Below are positions 55,201 to 64,000 of a DNA stretch of 64,000 nt, piece by piece. The translations under genes were made by a program, and so were the position numbers. The notes under the pieces were generated by a model, which saw nothing but the letters and a program-made list of their open reading frames with translations, ran no database searches and was not told where the DNA came from. The stretch's first letter is position 1, and each line of letters starts with the position of its first letter. The stretch is from Owenia fusiformis (Eukaryota), in assembly GCA_903813345.2 (NCBI GenBank), contig CAIIXF020000001.1, forward strand, positions 26,598,001-26,662,000, written 5' to 3'.

Positions 55201-58200
55201 TTTTTGTCCGACTATCCAACTGTCCAACACTGTTGCATTGATTTGCATCAACATTTTTCGGCAAACTCAAGTTTATTGGATAGGTATAATAATATATCAT
55301 TTCAGCAAGAATTTCAAAATGGCTGCTTTTATTTCTATGAGAGCTAAGTACCAAAGAGGTAAATAATTCCACAGTGCCACATAAAATTATTAGGTCTCAA
55401 AAGCTTACAAGAGGAAGAGATAATGCCTCAGTCACATTTGTGCTGGCTGCAATTATGGCTGACTTCCTGGTATACTGGGTGCCGGGGATTTTTTCTGATA
55501 CAAATACTGTAATATCAATTTTATTCATATCTATTGAAGCATTATTTTACCTGTTGGTGGCGAATGTCTTTGAAACTCTAATTCTGACTTAAATGTTTGC
55601 TAAAAACTGTTAGTTAAGACATTGAAAATTCACTTTTCAGTTATACAGGTGTTTTTATGTCCCCACCACATAGTGTGGGGCCATATTGTCGGCCTAGGCG
55701 CGTCCGTCTGTCCGTCTGTCTGTCCGTCCGTCTGTCTGTCCGTCTGTCTGTCCGTACGTCCGGGAGTTTTCTCCAAAACCGCTGCAGATATCACCTTCAA
55801 ATTTTCAGGGATAATTTATGAGTGCATACAGATGTGGATGAAAAAAAATTAACTCGATACCTACTTCCTGTCGGCCATTTTGAAGTCAAATGCTAAAATC
55901 CTTGTCTGCAAACTTTAAGAAAAACGGCTTCACAGTTGCTTTTAAAACTTTAACATCTTGTTCAGCTCACTTCATTCTAGATCTGATTAGGTTTTGGACC
56001 TGTTAGCTCAGTCATGTCAGCCATTTTGAATGTTTTAAGAAAAGTTAGCGCACGATAATACTTTCTATCATATTGAATGGTGTTTTTCAGTTTTCATGCT
56101 TTAACTTTTTAGTAGCTTTATAAATAATTTCAGGTGTACTTTGTTGTAAAAGCTTATGTTATTGTTAACAGTAGGTATATGTGATAATTTTGTAAAAAGA
56201 TTTCAGCAAAAACTCATAATCACTTTTTTATTGTCGGCCATTTTGGATTTTTCCGTCCTAAAATCTTGTCTGTAAAGTCTTGTCTACGCGTTTTCAGGTG
56301 AACCGTTTGGTAGATCAATTTCAAATTTTCAGGGATGATTCTTAGTATGAGAATCTAGATCTGATTAGTTTTTGGGCATTCTGGGTAAATGTCAAGGCAG
56401 CCATTTTGGATTTTCCGTCCTAAAATCTTGTCTGTAAAGTCTTGTCTACGCATTTTCAGGTGAACCGTTTGGTAGATCAATTTCAAATTTTCAGGGATGA
56501 TTCTCAGTATGAAAATCTAGATCTGATAATTTTTAGGGCATTCTGGATAAATGTCAAGGCAGCCATTTTGGATTTTCCGTCTTAAAATCTTGCCCGTAAA
56601 GTCTTGTCTACGCGTTTTTAGGTGAACCGTTTGGTAGATCAATTTCAAATTTTCAGGGATGATTCTTAGTATGAAAATCTAGAACTGATTAGTTTTTGGG
56701 CATTCTGGGTAAATGTCAAGGCAGCCATTTTGGATTTTCTGTCCTAAAATCTTGTCTGTAAAGTCTTGTCTACACATTTCCAGGTGAACTGTTTGGTACA
56801 TCAATTTTAAATTTTCAGGGATGATTCTTAGTATGAAAATCTAGAACAGATTAGTTTTTGGCATTCTGGATAAATGTCAAGGCAGCCATTTTGGATTTTC
56901 TGTCCTCAAATCTTGTCTGTAACGTCTTGTTTACATGTTTTCTGGTTAACTGTGTGAGGGATCAATTTCAAATTTTCAGGGGTGATTCTTAGTATGAAAA
57001 TCTAGAACTGACTAATTTTTTGTCATTCTTGGTAAATTTTAAGATGGCCATTTTGTGTCGGTAAAGTCTTGTGTACTCATTTTTAGGATAATCATTTGAC
57101 AGGATTACCCATAGGTGGGGACATATTGTACACATTTGTGTTCTTGTGATACACATGTTTTACTGTTCACATATTTGTTTCATCCTAGATTAGTAACATT
57201 ATATTTATACTAATGCATGAAACAGTATTTTGAGAAGATACAAAAGCACTTACTGAAGATTTATATCTTTAGCTGTTGTAATACTTGTACCTAATTCAGT
57301 ATTTATTTGATAGAAGAAGCATCTTAATGTTAAAGGGGCAAGTAGACATAGGAAGACGCAATCAGGGTACCATTTGATATTTTCATAGTAGAGGATAGGT
57401 GCTGTTGTTTTTGACACCTTACTCAATGTGCTAATGGAAATGAGAAAAACAGTTTTTTTTTATTAAAAGCAAGAGTAAAGCAAGAGTCTTCTCTATAAAG
57501 CCTGTTGTAAAAGTATAAGTAAGCACTTCAGAAATACTTGTTAGTACATGATTATTATATAACTGTTATGCCCCTCTGCTAAGTGGCTTTAAGATGATTT
57601 GTAACAGATCATAAGCACACTGATCAATGAGCAAATTGGTCAATGGTAACCTTAAGCCTGCAAATTAGAGATCATATGAGAAAATATCCCAGGGTAGATA
57701 TCATTATATTTAGAAGGATGTTTTTTCATTATAGCCATAATTGATTTGCAAATAGCATGATGGCAAGAGGTCTTAATTCCTTGAAGTATTGCCTCAGGGA
57801 TATCGTGACTGTGTAATGTTTTATTGAGAGTTGTCGACAAATTGCTGGATATACTGCCAATTTATATTTCCATCATCATGTCATAGCATTAATTTTGCAG
57901 CATATAGAAGATAAAAAGGCTTAGGTCTTATATCTTAGTCATACGTGTGAACAGGACGATATTTTTAGACGGAAAGGCAATTTACTCTAACAGATAGGAC
58001 CTGACAAAAATTGGGTGAATGAATTTCAGGAAATACTTCTATTAACTAACCAATGTGTTCCAAATATTAAAATATCTTAGATCCATGACATCAAATGGTT
58101 AAGTTTTGAAATATTGAAGCTTGGAAATGTTTGCCTGACGAAAGACTAGAACTTTTCCATCTCAGATGAGGGTTATTAAGGATGAGGTTACAGCTATTGA

Positions 58201-59363
58201 CCCTTTACAATTTTGAAGTGACAGTTTACACCCCAAAATTTTAACTTTAGAAAATGTCCAGATTATTATGCTAGAAAATGCTTTTACTGCTTCATTTTTG
58301 ATATGATTGATCCTTTTGTAATCGTAGACAATGTAAGAAATTATGCTCCAAAGTTTGAGGAAATCTGTTATACTGTGTCAATAAAAGAGAAATTATAAAG
58401 AGATTTCCGAGTGTAAATTGCTCTTCAAGTTCATTGTTCTAGCATCAACTCTAACATCATCATATCTATGGTTAACTGTTGACTTAATAGTTTTTAACTT
58501 TTCTGTTAATTACCCCCTAATTTACAATAATTTCATGGCTTCCGACCATTAGATGACTTGTATTAATACTGCAATGTAAGAACAATTTTGGTTTCTTTTT
58601 GAAGGTTTGGAGTGTTGTTTGGAATGCTAAGCTCATTAACAATAACAGCAGGCACTGCATATAATGGGAAGTTTCCAATATCTAATATGCTGTTTAAATT
58701 CAAAATGCTTGTATCTCGTATGAAGATTTTGTGTTATTAGTTTATGGTATTTCTCAAATATGGTAAATAATAGCTGGTCCCAAATTAGACAGGTGTTACT
58801 GTAGTTTGTGTGGTTATTAATGATACATTATGGGCTGAAGAACATGAACTTGTCCTTGCAGCATACGTATCTACCATTTAGTAATATATTTTAAACCCTA
58901 TATACAATTAAAGTGCTTTTTCTTTCAGGCCAACCATGCCAGTCTCCCTGAATGGTGGGTTTGAAATGCCATCTTGGTGAGTAAGCCTTTTAGCATATAT
59001 CTTTATCGTTACTTTCGCTCATCCATCTTCAAGTAAAAGCCCAGTCATTAAGTCATTGGACACCAGTTATGAATGTAAGACTCATCTCTTTGTTTTCAAT
59101 TTAACATCAAAACAGCATTAAAAAGAACATTTCTCTTTGAATTAACAACTAAGAATTATTTATTACCTTTTTTCTTCCATAATTATCAATTTCTCTATTG
59201 TTATTATTATCTTGATGATGATGTCCTTTGTCCTCTTGATTATCAGTTAAGTATTATTAAGTTTGATTTATTTTTTGTGTTTTGTCTAAAAGGTTTGATA
59301 TCAAGGGTCTTGACCCCAAATCTCCTGAGGATGAAGATGGAATAAAGAAGGCAGCTAAATCTT
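46246..59363 (+). CDS. LYPLA1/LYPLA2: Acyl-protein thioesterase / lysophospholipase (APT1/2 orthologue), coding exons 1-5; 3' exons, including the GFSQG nucleophile motif, not seen in the window
   Basis: Exons 46246-46317 (MGANSSRKKMSSPTKLASSKHTAT), 52899-52930 (VIFLHGLGDTG), 53116-53181 (HGWLEAFTQIAKPHIKYICPNA), 58929-58976 (PTMPVSLNGGFEMPSW), 59293-59363 (FDIKGLDPKSPEDEDGIKKAAKS). All GT-AG and phase-compatible; motifs FLHGLGD, KYICP and MPSWFDI are APT-family hallmarks. The start could be ATG 46246 or ATG 46273. Confidence 0.93.
46602..47712. repeat. Tandem duplication (2 x about 558 bp) of the Academ left subterminal region
   Basis: TTAGATTTTCGGCACACAGACTAATATGGA starts at 46602 and 47160; the following sequences are collinear. 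Confidence 0.9.
48860..49612 (+). pseudogene. Frameshifted C-terminal part of an Academ-like transposase
   Basis: Manual translation across frameshifts: SGC..., IDQIPPTADALMQHCKGALYQGVHIWGQ, IPSPKNWGWR, CGCQKQC..RCT..KASLVCTSLCACNGE, matching the PPT-x-ALxxH-YQ-W / GW / Cys-rich tail pattern of Academ transposases. Confidence 0.75.
50008..50609. mobile_element. Tc1/mariner/pogo-type MITE nested in the Academ element
   Basis: TA|CCGTATTCTCTGTAATTA ... TAATTACAGAGAATACGG|TA; a third TIR-like copy lies near 50408. Confidence 0.85.
51065..51665. mobile_element. Long palindromic (foldback) MITE; ends approximate
   Basis: TGGACAGCTGA...GTGACCTTTGAAATCGAATTAAGT...GATCAAGACTT (51127-51265) is mirrored at 51464-51606. 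Confidence 0.8.
51883..52351 (+). mobile_element. HINE-like element
   Basis: TTATTATCCC 5' end, (CCGT)n-like stretch, repeated ATAACTCAAATAC.AGT.GATGGATTT units, 3' hairpin ACTCCGTGGAGT then CTAGTT. Confidence 0.7.
54707..55160 (+). mobile_element. HINE-like element fragment
   Basis: TTATTATGTCACCACC...GGTGACAT hairpin, (GGT/GGTG)-rich microsatellite and tandem TCAGAAGTTCAAATCTGAC units; similar ATGTCACCAC/GGTGACAT ends near 32875 and 41473-41580. Confidence 0.6.
55652..57147 (+). mobile_element. Helentron-associated non-autonomous element (HINE/DINE-1-like) with an internal 5 x 162-bp tandem array
   Basis: T-run, ATGTCCCCACC subTIR with nearby partial inverted copy GTGGGGCCAT, (CCGT/CTGT)n microsatellite at about 55703-55755, units starting at 56237, 56400, 56562, 56724 and 56885, right subTIR GGTGGGGACAT at about 57114, end CTTGT. 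Confidence 0.85.
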
Positions 59364-59581
59364 GTGAGTTTTTAGCAAAACTGTTATACTTAAAGTTTAC
59401 ATTTGTCCATTATGCTATTACGTAATAAAAGAACACCTGCTAGCCTATTTATTCACTAACAATATAATATTCCTTCACCTCACCCACATTCTATATTCTT
59501 GTGACTTAATCAGATTTATTGGACAAGAATGTCATGCCAAATTCCTACATTGGTTATAAATTAATAATTGTGTCACTCAAA

Positions 59582-61099
59582 ATCAACAGTTCCGTATCAA
59601 CTATATTTTCATAGCCAATTGATTCATGAAACTAGATAATTTATAACACAGCTATCAACAGTTCCGTATCAACTATACTTTCATAGCCAATTGATTCATG
59701 AAACTAGATAATTTATAACACAGCTATCAACAGTTCCGTGTCAACTATACTTTCATAGCCAATTGATTCATGAAACTAGATAATTTATAACACAGCTATC
59801 AACAGTTCTGTATCAACTATACTTTCATAGCCAATTGATTCATGAAACTAGATAATTTATAACACAGCTATCAACAGATCCGTATCAACTATATTTTCAT
59901 AGCCAATTGATTCATAAAACTAGATAATTTATAATACAGCTATCAACAGTTCCGTATCAACTATACTTTCATAGCCAATTGATTCATGAAACCAGATAAT
60001 TTATAACACAGCTATCAACAGTTCCGTATCAACTATATTTTCATAGCCAAATGATTCATAAAACTAGATAATTTATAACACAGCTATCAACAGTTCCGTA
60101 TCAACTATACTTTCATAGCCAATTGATTCATGAAACCAGATAATTTATAACACAGCTATCAACAGTTCCGTATCAACTATACTTTCATAGCCAATTGATT
60201 CATGAAACTAGATAATTTATAACACAGCTATCAACAGTTCAGTATCAACTATACTTTCATAGCCAATTGATTCATGAAACTAAATAATTTATAACAGCTA
60301 TCAACAGTTCTGTATCAACTATACTTTCATAGCCAATTGATTCATGAAACTAGATAATTTATAACACAGCTATCAACAGTTCCGTATCAACTATACTTTC
60401 ATAGCCAATTGATTCATGAAACCATATAATTTATAACACAGCTATCAACAGTTCCGTATCAACTATATTTTCATAGCCAAATGATTCATAAAACTAGATA
60501 ATTTATAACACAGCTATCAACAGTTCCGTATCAACTATACTTTCATAGCCAATTGATTCATGAAACCAGATAATTTATAACACAGCTATCAACAGTTCCG
60601 TATCAACTATACTTTCATAGCCAATTGATTCATGAAACTAGATAATTTATAACACAGCTATCAACAGTTCAGTATCAACTATACTTTCATAGCCAATTGA
60701 TTCATGAAACCAAATAATTTATAACACAGCTATCAACAGTTTCGTATCAACTATACTTTCATAGCCAATTGATTCATGAAACTAGATAATTTATAACACA
60801 GCTATCAACAGTTCCGTATCAACTATACTTTCATAGCCAATTGATTCATGAAACCATATAATTTATAACACAGCTATCAACAGTTCCGTATCAACTATAT
60901 TTTCATAGCCAAATGATTCATAAAACTAGATAATTTATAACACAGCTATCAACAGTTCCGTATCAACTATACTTTCATAGCCAATTGATTCATGAAACCA
61001 GATAATTTATAACACAGCTATCAACAGTTCCGTATCAACTATACTTTCATAGCCAATTGATTCATGAAACCAGATAATTTATAACACAGCTATCAACAG
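59582..61099. repeat. 72-bp minisatellite, 21 copies, in thioesterase intron 5
   Basis: Unit ATCAACAGTTCCGTATCAACTATACTTTCATAGCCAATTGATTCATGAAACTAGATAATTTATAACACAGCT; starts at 59582, 59654, 59726 ... 61092; one unit has a 2-bp deletion. Confidence 0.97.
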
Positions 61100-63054
61100 A
61101 GAGAATGAGACTGATGACCCTCCGCAATTGCTTGACTCGGCTTCTTAAAAGGATGTCTCTATATATGGGCATTTTCTCTGAAGTCATCGTTTAACCAGTG
61201 TTATAACCAACATTAACATAATTAAGCATGTTTCTTTCTTCTCACCAATTTAATGTATAGAGAGAAAACACTGCCAAGATGATAGCTTGCATCTCTACAT
61301 CTAGTAATAATGAAAAAGTAACAATCACAAATTGTGGTTAGCATGTACTAAATTGTATAAAAAGCTTTCAAAAATATCACCTGCTTATTGTAAGCTTAGA
61401 CAACTTACTAATGGGGAACATTTGTTATTTTTTATGGTTCGTTACAATCTTATAAATTACATTCCATGCACTAACAATATCGATAAAGCTTGTAATTTTC
61501 AGGTTTTACGAACTGATATCTGGAAATTGTCCAGGCCAAATTATTGATCCTTAGCGATGAAATAAAATGTCTAGGGCAAAGGGTAAGCTAGATAAAAAGC
61601 AGCAGTTTGTCTAAAAATAGACAGGCATTCTATTGTTTTCCTATAATATATTCCTTATAGAACAGAACAGTCAATTCTCTCTCTCTCTGTTTCAAAATAA
61701 CAATGACCTTGCTCTGGTGAGAATGACTATAATGGCCTTCTTGAGGAGCATAACATTAAGAGTTGACATGTAGAGATGATTTCTATATGGGTGCAGGCTA
61801 TATAAATTTCCATGTTGTTTTGCTAAAGTACAGTTTAGTAAGTAACAATTACCAGGGTAAAACAATGATATTCATTTCACCTTTATTGTTGACGAGACAC
61901 TCAACAATCTTGAGTCAATAGTAACTAAAATCAGTGTTGCGAGATAATTTTTTTGATATACAACTAGAATATTATGCCAGTAAATATTAATATCCAAGAG
62001 AATATTTGCATAAAAATACTAAAAATACATATCTTTTGGAAATGCTGAATAATTTGATTAAAAATGATTGTTTCATTGTTCAAATATTGTATTTTGTTTA
62101 TTTCGGAAATGCTCAAATTCTTTTTGAAGCCATTTTCCCATTTTTGTATAGTATTCTAGTATTTATCTACACTGATATGCATCAAAACCAGTACTAATAC
62201 TTCATTGGACACTATTTCATTATACTCAAACATGAACAAATCTATTGAAGTATAGACCAGGGGCCTGTTTCATAAGTTCAGGGATTAAACATGTTTCATA
62301 AATTCATGCATTAAAGCATTTGGCCTATTTGTAGAAACTATCGTAAATTCTGATTACTGTAACATAATTACATTAGGAAAGTCAATTACATGATAATTGT
62401 AATCTACAAATCCATATATGTCTCCCAGAATCAAGTCTTTGGAACTGCAAAGATGTACAACCCAACCACCCAGCTACTCTTGGTATATGGGTTCCTTAAA
62501 TTGTGCTCCAATTCCTGTACAGGACACCATGAGCAACAATACAATAACAAAAAATAAAATAATTAGCACCCATAGATATATAGAATGTTTCATATGTATG
62601 CAACTTCCTGCTCAAACTTATATATGCAGATGTCTTAGACATAAGTACTACATACAGCTTAAGGTTTGGGTAAAAAGGCATTGGGCTCGGGGTCTACAGG
62701 GTGTTCAAAAATTGTTTGGGTAAAAAAGGCGTGGTGTTTAGGTTAAAATGTGATTTAGTAGTGTAGCATTCATTCATTCCCAAGTGAGGAAATTGGAGTG
62801 CAATGAGACATAATTGGAGATGTGAAAACCAAACAATTTTTGTGATATATCGGCTGTCGTTGTCAAAAGCTTGCAAAAATGAGCATTAGCGAGATTTCAA
62901 AGCTATATGGAAACTCCTCTATTGATAAATGTCACTCAGTACATATATGAGGCCACAAATAGAAATTGATGTTTAAACTTGTTTTTGTGCAAATAAATCT
63001 ATAATACAGGCAGAGATATAATATTACATGTTATTAAATTATTATCTACTAGTA

Positions 63055-63286
63055 TTTATTAGGAGGCCCCATCGGGGGGCCTCCTATCAATTTTGTAGAT
63101 ATTATTATTCTTTATTATTATTCTTTATTATTTAGACTCCAGATGAAATCTGGAGTCTATTGTTTTCGCCATTTTTCTTTATTATTATTAGACTCCAGAT
63201 TGAAAATCTGGAGTCTATTGCTTTTGCCAGTTTTCTTATTAGACTCCAGATTGAAAATCTGGAGTCTATTGTTTTTGCCAGTATTC

Positions 63287-63318
<32 letters not shown>

Positions 63319-64000
63319 CTTTGGGAGTTTTTTCAATAACTATTAGGTATCCAGTAAGGACCATAATACAGTTCATTTAGGTTCAGTATCTAGTTGGTGG
63401 GAAATTGGGTCAAATTTTTATCTAGGTCAAAGGTCAAGAACTAGGTCAAATCCAGTACTTTGTCACTTTTTTAGATTTTCTCGGTTGTCCTTCAATATTT
63501 TCGATCCGGTTTTTTTTCATTGTGTTCCTTATAAAAAAGTAGGAAACCTAGGGTCGATTTAGTTTTTTGATATCTCAAACCGATTTCGAGATATCAGTGT
63601 CCGAAAACGAGGTCCAAAAAAAAGTTCTCCGAATCAAATGTCCAGGATATTAGTCTTATAGGAAATTTTCTCAGGATTCCGAATCTGAAAACGAAATTTA
63701 GATCAGACTTCCGGTTCTGAAGTTATGGCGTTTTGAAAGCTCCAAAATCGCTAAATTTTGAGCCCATGTTAAGTCAATGGGAAAAAAGATTTTTTTGAAA
63801 TGAAAAATACGAAATATAAACTAAGTTCAGCTAAATATGATGAAAGCTTTTAAAAGAATGGGACCTCAAAAGCCATCTAGCTTTAAAATTTGGACACCAA
63901 AATGCCTAGGTCAAAATCTAGGTCAAATTCAAAGTTTTTTCTTATTTTTGCGATTCTGACACTACACTTTAATTATATTCTTCGAAATTGTGTATACATG
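63055..64000 (+). mobile_element. HINE-like element with reiterated 5' hairpins, (ATT)n tract and AGGTCA-rich body; runs off the window
   Basis: TAGGAGGCCCC...GGGGCCTCCTA hairpin at 63060; TAGACTCCAGAT(T)GAAA(A)TCTGGAGTCTA three times (about 63133, 63189, 63240); (ATT)n at 63291-63318. Confidence 0.7.

Noticed and set aside
59582-61099. CRISPR-like array
   Set aside because: Units are near-identical over their full 72 bp with no unique spacers; no cas genes; located in a eukaryotic intron.

Overview
AT-rich, intron-rich animal genomic DNA; a lophotrochozoan, probably a mollusc, inferred from gene content and repeat types. Three protein-coding loci can be read from the sequence. (1) The first coding exon of a rhodopsin-class peptide GPCR (minus strand, 14106-14465); no further exons were recognised to its left. 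(2) A complete 29-coding-exon PIK3R4/VPS15 gene (minus strand, 27609-42779; 4110 nt, 1369 aa, all intron phases consistent). (3) The first five coding exons of an acyl-protein thioesterase (LYPLA1/2) gene (plus strand, 46246-59363), head-to-head with PIK3R4 and continuing beyond the window. The rest is dominated by DNA-transposon relics: an Academ fossil, a mariner remnant, hAT-, MULE-, Harbinger- and Tc1/pogo-type MITEs, and Helentron-associated (HINE-like) elements, plus a 72-bp minisatellite with higher-order structure. The most unusual observations are tandem amplification of PIK3R4 splice junctions in three neighbouring introns (including eight competing copies of one 3' splice site), and an in-frame hydrophobic, AUG-less extension in front of the thioesterase start codon. 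No CRISPR array or prokaryotic-type system is supported. All coordinates were derived by hand.
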